A stretch of DNA of 64,000 nucleotides from Thermoplasmatota archaeon (GCA_016927555.1 JAFGML010000031.1:10971-74970), one strand, 5' to 3'; shown: positions 18,473 through 28,045, counted from the stretch's first letter. Numbers and translations are program-made. Notes: a model not told the origin generated them from the letters alone.

Positions 18473-19025
18473 TAGAGTTTCCTTCCTTTTCTTTGGGAAA
18501 GTGGGTATCGGTAATACCCCATATGTTATTTAAGCATATTGGATGTGGGAGGACCCGTCTCCATAGGGAGAGAGGAGGTGGAGAAACGCAGGGCGTGACG
18601 TTCTGGTGGTGAAGGGAGGGGGGAAGGCGTGGTGGTTAGGGTACGACGAAAAGGTGGCTCTTGGATTTGTGCTGATACAATGAGGTGTTTGTCTGGATAA
18701 GAGTTCCATCAGAGGACATACTACTCTTTGATTTTGTTCTGAGACGCGTTGTATGATTTATCGTTTAAACACGCGTTTTCCGACAAACACTAAGCAAAAA
18801 CAGGGTTTTTCGCATTTTGAAGGATTTTCCAGGAGACGGGCTTTATGTTTCCCGGGGTCATTACTAGTAATGAGGCTAGAAGACCATGACCACACGATAT
18901 GGAACGACCCCGGAGATTCCTTCCGAGAGCACCTCATATACGTGTGCGTACGCAGCTACAAACAAGGTATTTATGCAAGGTGCATCGTTTGACGATAGAC
19001 ACAATGGACGTGAGGTGGTGTTGAA

Positions 19026-19958
19026 ATGACGATCGTACAGACTCCCATCAGTTCTTACGATTCGTTCAGTGTTCAAAAGGACTATCTCACGGTCAGGTTC
19101 CAGAATGTAAAGGAGTTTGTTGTCAATGAGTTTGTCCATGGAGGTCATTTACTTGCTGTAGGGTCCTCAGCTGTGGCCTTATCAACGATGATCCTGCTTG
19201 GGGCGCTCATTCGATGGGAGTTTTTACTCATCGCATATCTCTGTCCGCTGTGCATCTACAGCTATGACCATTATCGAGATTTTGAGCGGGATGCGGAGAA
19301 TAACTCAAGCAGGACGAGTCATCTGAGGAAGTATCACCATGTTCATCCTCTCCTCATTGGAGTGTATGGTGGACTGTTTATCGCTCTCCTTGTGTTATTC
19401 GGGAACCTGTGGAGCATCCTCTTTGGCATCTCCTTGTTATGTATCGGAATGTTCTACACAACAAAGGTGAAGCAGGCGACAACACGAATCACTGGTTTTA
19501 AAAATGTGTACACATCCTTGTCTGTCGCCTCGTTGATTCTCTTCACCGGCATTTACTGCTCGTACTCGGTTGGTCTGGTTCTCCTGCTCTTGTTTGTGTT
19601 TATGTTTCTAAGGTTCATGGTCAACACCTGCTTCTGTGATATCAAGGACATCAAGACCGATAGTAAGTACCACATTCGCACACTACCGGTGGTGCTAGGG
19701 AAAGAAAAATTCCTAAGGATCCTGCATGTGATTAACCTCATTTCGATCGTCCCTGTTGTCATTGGTGTCTACCTGCAGGTGTTGCCTGTGTTCTCTGTCT
19801 TGTTAATTGCCGCGGTCGTCTACAGTGTCTATTACATTGAGAAAGCAAAGCACCAGGGCACCGACATGCAAACGCTGTCGTCTGTTGTCGTTGATGGCGA
19901 GTTTGCCTTCTGGCCGTTCATTGTCTCTATCGGTTCATCACTACCGATGGTCTTGTAA
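19026..19958 (+). CDS. UbiA-family prenyltransferase (membrane)
   Basis: 310 aa with multiple TM segments. The second Asp-rich motif context is CFCDIKDIKTDSKYHIRTLPVVLG. It is adjacent to a geranylgeranyl reductase-like gene. Confidence 0.7.
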   Translation: MTIVQTPISSYDSFSVQKDYLTVRFQNVKEFVVNEFVHGGHLLAVGSSAVALSTMILLGALIRWEFLLIAYLCPLCIYSYDHYRDFERDAENNSSRTSHLRKYHHVHPLLIGVYGGLFIALLVLFGNLWSILFGISLLCIGMFYTTKVKQATTRITGFKNVYTSLSVASLILFTGIYCSYSVGLVLLLLFVFMFLRFMVNTCFCDIKDIKTDSKYHIRTLPVVLGKEKFLRILHVINLISIVPVVIGVYLQVLPVFSVLLIAAVVYSVYYIEKAKHQGTDMQTLSSVVVDGEFAFWPFIVSIGSSLPMVL

Positions 19959-20080
19959 GGTGGACAAGGCGAGGGTTCTTTAAATGGGGATGAATAATCC
20001 TAGAAGTGAGATTTTTCCTCGGTTGTTTAAATACTGATGAATAAGTTATATAAATGATAAAGAAGGTTGTATTGTACACG

Positions 20081-21211
20081 ATGGCAGATTCTCTGGAAGA
20101 TATTGTGATTGTTGGCGGCGGGCCGGCGGGAGCGTACCTTGGGTATCTTCTTGCAAAGGCTGGGCTGCATCCTGTTCTTTTTGACCATTCGCATCCGAGG
20201 GAGAAACCTTGCGGTGGGGGAATTTCTTATCTTGCATTACATAAATTCCCATTAATAAAAAAAGCAACTGATATCAAGGGCATTGGAAGAAAAATAAAAA
20301 TAATCGCACCAAGTGGTTCCGAGTTTAATATCGGATCTGGATATCTCCTTGGAGTTTCACGGTTGAAGCTCGATAAGTATCTGATAGACAATGCTGTAAA
20401 AGCAGGAGTAAGACATATACCTGAAAAAGTCATCAATGTCTATGAGGAAGAAAATCATTGGGTCGTTGAGACTACCCGGCAGAAATTTAAGACAAATCTC
20501 CTCATTGGTGCCGATGGCACGAATAGTATCATACGTAAAAAAGTAATCGGCCCCTTCAATAAAAAAGATATTACTTTTACATATGGTTATTTTGTAACAG
20601 GAGCGGAAAAAGAAGTCACAACAATGAAATTCTTAGATGGAAAAAAAGGATATATCTGGGTATTTCCAAGAGGCGATCATACAAGTATTGGTATATGCGC
20701 AGAGTATAATGATAGCCATGGTTTGAAAACAATACTTGACGACTACATCGAAGAGACCCATCCGAATATTTCAATAATGTCAAAATATTCAGCGTTAGTT
20801 CCAACAGCTGGTACTCGGGAGTTTTTTAATCAACCATGTACAGGAGAGAATTGGATGCTTGTAGGCGATGCAGCAGGTCATGTCAATCCAGCGAGTGTTG
20901 AAGGAATTTCATATGCCCTCTGGTCAGCCGAATTAGCCGCTAAAAGTATTTTACATCACAACCATCGAGAATTCGATTCATTATGGAGAAAAGAATATGG
21001 GAGAGATCTAATCGATTCTATGAAATTTAAGGATATTATGTATAATCCATATTTTCTTGATTTTTCGGTAAAACTCGCAAAAAAAAGTAAAACATATTCA
21101 AAATTAATGTTCGACATCTTAGCTAATAAACAAGATTCTCAGACCCTCTTTAAAAGAATTATTTTTGATTTACCAGCTACAATAAAAGAATATGTCTTTT
21201 CAAAATTATAA
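20081..21211 (+). CDS. Geranylgeranyl reductase-family FAD-dependent oxidoreductase
   Basis: Motifs are DIVIVGGGPAGAYLGYLLAKAG (FAD fold), KPCGGG, LIGADGTNS and VGDAAGHVNPASVEGISYAL. ATG 20081 is preferred; the track start is 20054. Confidence 0.75.
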   Translation: MADSLEDIVIVGGGPAGAYLGYLLAKAGLHPVLFDHSHPREKPCGGGISYLALHKFPLIKKATDIKGIGRKIKIIAPSGSEFNIGSGYLLGVSRLKLDKYLIDNAVKAGVRHIPEKVINVYEEENHWVVETTRQKFKTNLLIGADGTNSIIRKKVIGPFNKKDITFTYGYFVTGAEKEVTTMKFLDGKKGYIWVFPRGDHTSIGICAEYNDSHGLKTILDDYIEETHPNISIMSKYSALVPTAGTREFFNQPCTGENWMLVGDAAGHVNPASVEGISYALWSAELAAKSILHHNHREFDSLWRKEYGRDLIDSMKFKDIMYNPYFLDFSVKLAKKSKTYSKLMFDILANKQDSQTLFKRIIFDLPATIKEYVFSKL

Positions 21212-21219
21212 ACAAGTTT

Positions 21220-22356
21220 CTATTCTGTGACTGTCACAGATAAATTCTTTCCGATATCGACATTGACTTTATTGAACACAATATTTCTGCCTAAAACACC
21301 TGAGATAAAACCAGACATAATGCCCCGAAGAATAATGAATTTACATTCTTTTGAATATATCGTCCAAGGGAAATATCTGAAATGAATGCTTATTTTTCCA
21401 GATTCCGCGACTAATATATCTCCAAAACCTAATGCTGAAAAAAAATCAGGTATAAATTTTATAAATTCTTTGTCATTGCTATCTTTAGCTAATATGTTTC
21501 CATATTCGAAACAAGCCCTAAAAAGAATATTTTCTCCATCCGGTAATTTGATAATTTCATTTTCTAAGAGATATAAAATATGAGATTCACAGTGAAAAAA
21601 CCTGTGGTTTTTATAGGAGAGGATTCCTCGTTCGTACGTAAAAAAACCAGCGTTTAATAGGTCTTTTAATGAATTTTTTACATAAATCGTTTTTTGAATT
21701 TCATTCATTTTATTATAAACATTATCTGGTTTCAATTCAACGAGATTTCTTTCTCGATAAAAATCCTTTGTTTTTTCTTGAATTTGATTTTCTGGAGCAC
21801 AAATAACGAAACATCGTCTGTTCCCACGACCCTGGCATTCTAATTGGATACCTTCAATTGTATTATCTTGCATCCCATATGACCATATCCCAGTTATCCC
21901 TCCTTCAGTCATGATATGTCCTTTTCCGTTATGTCTACAAACGATGTAATTATCGAAGTTGATGGTGAACCTTTTTTGTTCGACCTCTGCAACATGTTCT
22001 GCTTGTTGTGCATAGGTTCCCTCAATATAACGAACAAGAAGGTAAGAAAATTTTGTTATTTCTTCAGCAGACGAATTCTTTACGGTGGTAAACTTTGACA
22101 TAGCGGCATAGGTATATCCAAATTTCTTTCCTGCCGAATATAGAGTTTGCTTACCTTGCTTACCATATTTTTCAACAATAATATTTTCAATATTTTCAAA
22201 TAATTTTTCAGGTATAAAAAATTCCCTTAGATAGGTAGTAAATTTCTTCTCTGTAAATGTCGTAACAACGAACCCAGGTTTATCTATTATTTCCTGCTTA
22301 GGAACAATAATATTTTGGATCCACCAGGTAACAACCTTATCCTTAACAGCAGGCAT
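21220..22356 (-). CDS. Tandem V4R (4-vinyl reductase-like) small-molecule-binding domain protein
   Basis: 378 aa and strongly AT-rich. The first half ends with TEGGITGIWSYG...IEGIQLECQGRGNRRCFVICAP, matching the V4R C-terminal pattern (E-x-C-x-x-x-G-x-x-x-C-x-F). The second half is a degenerate copy (ILRGIMSGFISGVLG). Its start lies 2 nt after the KaiC-like stop. Confidence 0.5.
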   Translation of the reverse strand: MPAVKDKVVTWWIQNIIVPKQEIIDKPGFVVTTFTEKKFTTYLREFFIPEKLFENIENIIVEKYGKQGKQTLYSAGKKFGYTYAAMSKFTTVKNSSAEEITKFSYLLVRYIEGTYAQQAEHVAEVEQKRFTINFDNYIVCRHNGKGHIMTEGGITGIWSYGMQDNTIEGIQLECQGRGNRRCFVICAPENQIQEKTKDFYRERNLVELKPDNVYNKMNEIQKTIYVKNSLKDLLNAGFFTYERGILSYKNHRFFHCESHILYLLENEIIKLPDGENILFRACFEYGNILAKDSNDKEFIKFIPDFFSALGFGDILVAESGKISIHFRYFPWTIYSKECKFIILRGIMSGFISGVLGRNIVFNKVNVDIGKNLSVTVTE

Positions 22357-22358
22357 GC

Positions 22359-23135
22359 CTAGACTTCTTTGTACTTCATCACAATGCCAGTCGGGGTGAA
22401 CTCAAAGGTGTACGTCAGCCCATCGATGTTCGTCTTGCGCAGCTTCTTCACCCGTATCGTTCTATTCAGCGACCCACCGATCTCCACAGCATCAAGCGTA
22501 ATCAAGCCGTCTGCCTTAAACTCACTGAGCATATCCATAGTCTCCCCGGGCATCCCCTCCGTCTTCTGAGCCAACCCGTATGTGGTAATCCCCTTCTGCT
22601 TGAACATGTCGATGAGGGTGATAACCGTCGTACGGTTAATCTCATAGAACGTATGCGTCTGGATCCCGCTCCGCGCACCATCAATGAGGTTCGACACGGT
22701 CACCGGCTGATTAGAAATCGAACTGATACTGTCAATGACACCGACAGCGTACTGGTCAGCCTGGATGTGATCCTTCAACTCCTTGATCTTGTTCCCCTCA
22801 AAGAGGTCCTGGGAATTCAACGAGACGATCCGCAGCAACCCTTCTTTTTCCCAGGCGGCAAAATCCCAGCCGAACTGCCAAGCCTGCTCGATGAGCTCAT
22901 CATGCATCTGCTCAGCGCTAATGAAAATTGCTTTCTCATGCCGCTGCACCGCTGCCGCAATAGCCTGCATCCCCATGATGCTCTTCCCACTACCCGGACC
23001 ACCAGCAACCACGACAAAGCTGCCTTTCGGAATACCACCTTCAATGAGGTCATCTAACCCCATGATACCTGTTTTAAGCCGCGTGACATTTGCCTTGTTC
23101 ACTTGTACATTAACGGTCTCATCCATATCATCCAT
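22359..23135 (-). CDS. KaiC-like single-domain RecA-superfamily ATPase
   Basis: 258 aa with GLDDLIEGGIPKGSFVVVAGGPGSGKSIMGMQ (Walker A) and Walker B context VGVIDSIS. The TATA-like TTTATATAAA lies about 25 nt upstream of the ATG. Confidence 0.8.
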   Translation of the reverse strand: MDDMDETVNVQVNKANVTRLKTGIMGLDDLIEGGIPKGSFVVVAGGPGSGKSIMGMQAIAAAVQRHEKAIFISAEQMHDELIEQAWQFGWDFAAWEKEGLLRIVSLNSQDLFEGNKIKELKDHIQADQYAVGVIDSISSISNQPVTVSNLIDGARSGIQTHTFYEINRTTVITLIDMFKQKGITTYGLAQKTEGMPGETMDMLSEFKADGLITLDAVEIGGSLNRTIRVKKLRKTNIDGLTYTFEFTPTGIVMKYKEV

Positions 23136-23307
23136 CTCTCCTACGGTAATTCATTTTTATATAAATAAATAAACGATGTTTGTATTATAAATGTTACTGA
23201 AGACACCCGTCATACGGACGGAGGAGCACGACGAAACACACAGTCTGCGTGCTTTCAACAACACACCATCCCCCAGCACGCTACCTGCAAGAGTGAGACT
23301 CAGTATG

Positions 23308-23625
23308 CTACCGAGAGAGAGGAATCCGATGAAGGCGATGACACAAAGAACAGTACGTAATAATCATACCACGATGGAGACGCACCCGACAAGTCACCGA
23401 TGGAAGGAGATAGTGATAGCAGTGCGGACAGAACCGACGCTTGAACTCAGGTGGTATCGGCACGAGGTACTTCATCGACAGCTTGCGTGCCAACGCCACG
23501 TACCGATCAGCTAACCCCAGCCGACCCTGCAACGCAGCAGCCTCTGCCAGAGAAAAAAGATAGGGGATGCGCCGAGCAGCGATCTGCTTGTACTGTTTCT
23601 TTTTTTCACTCCGTCTCCGTGACAT
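23308..23625 (-). CDS. rnp4: RNase P protein component 4 (Rpp21/Rpr2)
   Basis: It carries IAARRIPYLFSLAE...ADRYVALARKLSMKY...FCPHCYHYLLPS...YCSLCH (zinc ribbon). ATG 23625 is preferred; the track start is 23637. Confidence 0.8.
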   Translation of the reverse strand: MSRRRSEKKKQYKQIAARRIPYLFSLAEAAALQGRLGLADRYVALARKLSMKYLVPIPPEFKRRFCPHCYHYLLPSVTCRVRLHRGMIITYCSLCHRLHRIPLSR

Positions 23626-23722
23626 AACTAGAACCACTGAAGACTCAGTGCGTATAAAATCCTTCTGCCGTCGTTAAAAAAAATAAAGGGAAAAAGAAAA
23701 AAAAGGAAGAAGAGATAAAAAA

Positions 23723-23908
23723 TTATTTTTTCCTCAGGTACGGAAGACCAGTTCTCTTGTTAACACCAACAGCATACCCCGTTGGTAAATCACAGGTCGT
23801 CCCGCTCTTCGGAGAGCGTTTGCTGAAGAAGTAAATCGTTTGATTTCTTCCACCTTTTAGCTTTACGTTTCGTGTGTATAATGTCCAACCCTCGTGTTTG
23901 TATACCAT
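23723..23908 (-). CDS. Small basic hypothetical protein
   Basis: 61 aa, with YFFSKR...LPTGYAVGVNKRTGLPYLRKK. It resembles short conserved archaeal proteins I cannot name. An oligo-T run follows on the minus strand. Confidence 0.4.
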   Translation of the reverse strand: MVYKHEGWTLYTRNVKLKGGRNQTIYFFSKRSPKSGTTCDLPTGYAVGVNKRTGLPYLRKK

Positions 23909-24164
23909 AAAACACCTCGCCCCAGATATACGTCTCCTGTAATTTAAATGTTTCTTTATTTTCCTCCTGGTACACTGGTAGCACGGGCGAAGGTAACACG
24001 ACTATGAATAAATACGGTTGAGTCTCATAGTACAGATATAATAAAAAGAGCCGGTAGTTGTCGCCCACACTACAGAATCACGTAGGTGTTTTAAACGTTT
24101 TCGAAAAAAACCTGCCGGGGAACAACCTTTTTGAACACCAAGACCATAGATGAGACAGGTACCC

Positions 24165-24974
24165 ATGGCAAAGAGTCAGCTGACGTTCGTTGGCCTCGGC
24201 CTGCACGATGAGCACGATCTCTCCCTCAAGGGACTGCAGGAGCTTTCAGCATGCGACCTGGTGTTCGCGGAGTTCTACACCGCAAAACCGGGGTCGTTCA
24301 ACAAAAAAGCATTCGAGACCCTCATTGGAAAACAGATAACAATACTCACACGACAGGAGACAGAGCAAGGAGAAGCAGTCACCGATGCTGCGAAACACCA
24401 CCACGTCGTGTTTCTCACCTGTGGAGACCCGATGATAGCAACGACACACATCGACCTACGGCTCCGTGCGATACAACAAGGGATACCCACACGAATCATT
24501 CACAGCAGCAGTGTTGCAACAGCAGTACCCGGTCTCCTTGGTCTGCAGAACTACAAGTTCGGCAGGACCACCACCCTAGCCTATCCAGAGAAAGACTACT
24601 TTCCTACCAGCCCGTACACAGTCATTGTGGACAATACAAAGATGGGGTTACACACCCTTGTCCTCCTTGATATCCAGGCAGACCAGCAGCGGTACATGAC
24701 CGCAAACGAAGGCCTAGAACTCCTCCTGGCGATGGAGCAGAAGGAACACCAGCAGCTCATCTCCAATGAAACGCTGGTGTGTGTGGTCGCCCGCGCTGGT
24801 GCCCCAGACTGCGTGGTTGCTGCAGATACACTCAAGGCCTTGAAAACAAGGGACTTTGGACCACCGTTACATACTCTAGTCATCCCTGGTCAGCTTCACT
24901 TCATGGAACTTGAGGCACTGCAGCTCTGCGCTGGACTACCTGCTGAGATTGCTCACCATACACAAAAACTATAA
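24165..24974 (+). CDS. dph5: Diphthine synthase
   Basis: Motifs are LTFVGLGLHDEHDLSLKGL and GDPMIATTH of the tetrapyrrole-methylase fold. ATG 24165 is preferred; the track start is 24150. Confidence 0.85.
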   Translation: MAKSQLTFVGLGLHDEHDLSLKGLQELSACDLVFAEFYTAKPGSFNKKAFETLIGKQITILTRQETEQGEAVTDAAKHHHVVFLTCGDPMIATTHIDLRLRAIQQGIPTRIIHSSSVATAVPGLLGLQNYKFGRTTTLAYPEKDYFPTSPYTVIVDNTKMGLHTLVLLDIQADQQRYMTANEGLELLLAMEQKEHQQLISNETLVCVVARAGAPDCVVAADTLKALKTRDFGPPLHTLVIPGQLHFMELEALQLCAGLPAEIAHHTQKL

Positions 24975-25021
24975 TAACCCTGCATAATATCCCGCAGTCA
25001 ATATACAAAAAAGGGATTTGG

Positions 25022-26881
25022 ATGCCTGAAGAGAAAAATGATTTCGTTGGTCTTATCTACGGAGATGTCGGGTCAACAAAGTTCAACTTCACCGTTGATG
25101 GTCATAGTCTCCGGAAGTTTGATTTTGTCGCAGCACCTCACAAGGAAGGCTACGTGCTTGCCCAGGTCATGGACATCAAAGGGTACTCTGATTTGAAATT
25201 TGAGGACGCTATCACCATCAAGAGCAACGGGTCTGTCCCTCAGATTAAGAGTGATGTGTCTGCGTACGCGGAGGTCATCGGGTACCGGGATGCTGAAGGC
25301 CGCCTGCAGGCGCCACGCAGTCCCTTTGAAGCAGGCTCGCAGATCACGTTTGCCCATGAGGACCTCATCCGCCATGTGCTGGGGTTGCATGCTGAAAAAG
25401 AGAACGGGGCGTACCTTGGTCTCTTAAAAGGACACGACCTTCCTGTGTACCTCAACATCGACTCCTTGGTGCAGAAACACATCTGTATCCTTGCCAAGAC
25501 CGGTGGTGGAAAAAGCTATGCGTGCGGCGTGCTCATCGAGGAGCTTCTGAAGAAGAAAATTCCGCTTGTCATCATCGACACGCACGGGGAGTACGTCTCC
25601 CTAGGCAAGCCGAACAAGGATAAGAAAGACCAGAAGAACATGGAGAAGTTCAAGGTGAAACCCAGTGAGTATAACAGTCAGATCATAGCGTATTCACCAC
25701 TTGCGACTGGCGAGGCATCCATGCAGCATCTGACCCTCGATGGCATGAACATGGAGGGACGGGAAATCCTTGAGCTGCTGCAGGCAAAACTGTCCGGTCC
25801 TCAGATCGCCGTGTTGTACCAGTGCATCAAAGAGCTCAAGGAGTTCAAGCAGGTGTACAGCATTCGCGACATCATTGAGACCGTGGAGCGGTCAAAGAGT
25901 AATGCACGCTGGAACGTCATTGCATCACTTGAATCCTTAGACTCCATTGGCGTGTTTGCAGAGAAAGGCACCACCGCACAGGATTTGGTGCAGAAAGGCA
26001 AGTGCTCCATCATCAACATGCGTGGGGTGCCACCAGACATCCAGGATGTCGTGGTTGCCAGGCTGACCGAGCAGTTGTTCAAGAACCGGAAAGTCGGTAA
26101 AATACCACCGTTCTTGCTCGTCGTCGAAGAGGCACACAACTACTGCCCCGAGCATGGCATCGGCAACGCGGTGTCCTCTAAAATGCTTCGCACGGTTGCT
26201 TCAGAGGGACGCAAGTTTGGCATGGGCCTGTGCGTCGTCAGTCAACGTCCCGCGAAAATCGACAAGAACATCATCTCGCAGTGTAATACAAATATTATAC
26301 TTAAGGTCACCAATCCCAATGATCTCAAAGCCATCGTGCAGTCCGTCGAAGGACTCACCAGTCAGACTGCTGATGAGATCCAACGACTGCCCATCGGGGT
26401 TGCGTTGATCTCTGGTGCGTCTATTCAGATGCCTATCCTCGTGGAGATCCGGACCCGGGAGACGGACCATGGGGGAAAATCAGTCACCGTGTTCAAAGAC
26501 ATTGATCCCTCGGATTATGCACCAAAGATGCCGAAAATGCCGCCACCACCCTCCAGACAGACTCAGGGTGGGCAGAAACCAAAAGGCGTCCAAAGCAACG
26601 TCACTGAGAAAGCCATCATGGTGAACCGTGTCGCGAAACGACTCGGCTGGGTGACGACCGATGACCCGGATAAGACGATTAAGTTCCTCAGTCAGCAGGC
26701 TGAGGACATGAAAGAGAACGTGTACAAGTACCTTGAATCCCTCGCACAGCTGGGGGCAAACATCTGCCATACTGAGAACCCTTCATGCTTCCAATGTCCG
26801 ATGAGCAGCGGATGTCGGTACTATCTCACGCACCAGAAGAAACAGAAACCGAAGCGTGGCGTGAAATTATTTGGGAGATAA
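25022..26881 (+). CDS. HerA-like (DUF87) hexameric ATPase fused to a C-terminal EndoIII-type Fe-S cluster loop module
   Basis: 619 aa. It has an N-terminal HAS-barrel-like region, Walker A ILAKTGGGKSYACG, Walker B FLLVVEEAHNY and VVSQRP. A Pro-rich linker (PKMPKMPPPPS) precedes a C-terminal ~90 aa ending ICHTENPSCFQCPMSSGCRYY, which is C-X6-C-X2-C-X5-C. Confidence 0.75.
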   Translation: MPEEKNDFVGLIYGDVGSTKFNFTVDGHSLRKFDFVAAPHKEGYVLAQVMDIKGYSDLKFEDAITIKSNGSVPQIKSDVSAYAEVIGYRDAEGRLQAPRSPFEAGSQITFAHEDLIRHVLGLHAEKENGAYLGLLKGHDLPVYLNIDSLVQKHICILAKTGGGKSYACGVLIEELLKKKIPLVIIDTHGEYVSLGKPNKDKKDQKNMEKFKVKPSEYNSQIIAYSPLATGEASMQHLTLDGMNMEGREILELLQAKLSGPQIAVLYQCIKELKEFKQVYSIRDIIETVERSKSNARWNVIASLESLDSIGVFAEKGTTAQDLVQKGKCSIINMRGVPPDIQDVVVARLTEQLFKNRKVGKIPPFLLVVEEAHNYCPEHGIGNAVSSKMLRTVASEGRKFGMGLCVVSQRPAKIDKNIISQCNTNIILKVTNPNDLKAIVQSVEGLTSQTADEIQRLPIGVALISGASIQMPILVEIRTRETDHGGKSVTVFKDIDPSDYAPKMPKMPPPPSRQTQGGQKPKGVQSNVTEKAIMVNRVAKRLGWVTTDDPDKTIKFLSQQAEDMKENVYKYLESLAQLGANICHTENPSCFQCPMSSGCRYYLTHQKKQKPKRGVKLFGR

Positions 26882-26885
26882 GCTT

Positions 26886-27986
26886 GTGGTGAAAGGAAAC
26901 AACGCTGTGTGGGTCGGTAGTGCTGTACTAGTTATTGTCTGTCTTTTCTTTTCAGGATGCGAAGTGATGTTCCCACCGACGACGTATCAGTCAACACCAA
27001 CGAAAATCAGGTACACCATCTCTTATGGCTATGAGGTGGACTGCAGTGGCACTGGGAGGTACAGCATTGCTTATCATTGTAACCCTCCCGAGCTTCTTCT
27101 GGGAAGTACAACGTATTCCCTGCTCTATAACGATGATGTCAGCACGACGACGTCTCTAGGCAACACCTTCCTTGAATGGAACATCTCTGGGGAAGACGAA
27201 CGCACCTACACGTTAGGCGTGACTGCTGAGGTCACCGCAGAGACGTTGTTGGTCGCTGATCTCAATGGGCAGAACGCCAGAACACTCGGAGAACTCCAGG
27301 AGCAGTACCCAACACTCGTAGCACAGTATACCCAGCTGCAGGGAAACGACACCACACGGTTCATTGATCCAGCGGACCCTTCGATTACCGCGATCGCCCA
27401 GAGCGTCAAGGCAGAGGCAGGCACCAACAATTCGTTTCTGCTCGCCCAGTCGCTGTTCACTTGGTTCAAACAACATATGCAGTATCAGACGCATCCCGGT
27501 CAAGAAGGTGTCCAACCAGCCGTTATAACCTTTGAAACAGGCAGTGGGGACTGTGATGACCTGTCATTCTTGTACATCTCACTGTGCCGATCTGTTTCTC
27601 TCCCTGCGCGGTTCATCCGCGGGTACCTGCTCACAGCGTACGCCAATGGGACCGTCTCTGCTATCCCTCATGCATGGGTTGAGGTGTGTGTCGGTGGCTC
27701 GCTTGGCAACAACGGCTGGATTCCCATTGAATGCTCATGTTCCTCAGCCTCCATTGCTGCTGATATCCACCAGAACTTTGGTGTGGAAGACGCCTACCAC
27801 CTGCGCCTCTTCGTTGACAACGGCAGTAACGAATCACTCACCCGTTCCCTCTCAGAGATCTCCTACATCACCTATGGTGGAAACCGAGACATCCTCCTTC
27901 ACCCCTTCGTTGACGTCGAACACTACGAAGAGCTTGAGGAACACAACCTCGTCGTCACACAAGACGACGTTCGCCAGTACGAATAG
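26886..27986 (+). CDS. Transglutaminase-like cysteine protease-fold lipoprotein
   Basis: The core is GSGDCDDLSFLYISLCRSVSLPARFIRGY...HAWVEV...GWIPIE. The N-terminus is lipobox-like (LVIVCLFFSGC). The start is uncertain: TTG 26871 in the track, or GTG 26886 preceded by GGGAG. Either start lies within 15 nt of the herA-like stop at 26881; TTG 26871 overlaps it. Confidence 0.7.
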   Translation: MVKGNNAVWVGSAVLVIVCLFFSGCEVMFPPTTYQSTPTKIRYTISYGYEVDCSGTGRYSIAYHCNPPELLLGSTTYSLLYNDDVSTTTSLGNTFLEWNISGEDERTYTLGVTAEVTAETLLVADLNGQNARTLGELQEQYPTLVAQYTQLQGNDTTRFIDPADPSITAIAQSVKAEAGTNNSFLLAQSLFTWFKQHMQYQTHPGQEGVQPAVITFETGSGDCDDLSFLYISLCRSVSLPARFIRGYLLTAYANGTVSAIPHAWVEVCVGGSLGNNGWIPIECSCSSASIAADIHQNFGVEDAYHLRLFVDNGSNESLTRSLSEISYITYGGNRDILLHPFVDVEHYEELEEHNLVVTQDDVRQYE

Positions 27987-28045
27987 ACAACAAAAAAAAA
28001 CATGAATGCTCATTCTTCCTACAGTCTCATTAAGCAGGAGAAGCA

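Noticed and set aside
23909-24149. 92-aa minus-strand ORF (23790..24068) extending into the gap upstream of the diphthine synthase gene
   Set aside because: It overlaps the better-supported 61-aa gene in another frame and has a Leu/Tyr-rich, AT-driven composition. The gap more likely holds divergent promoters.
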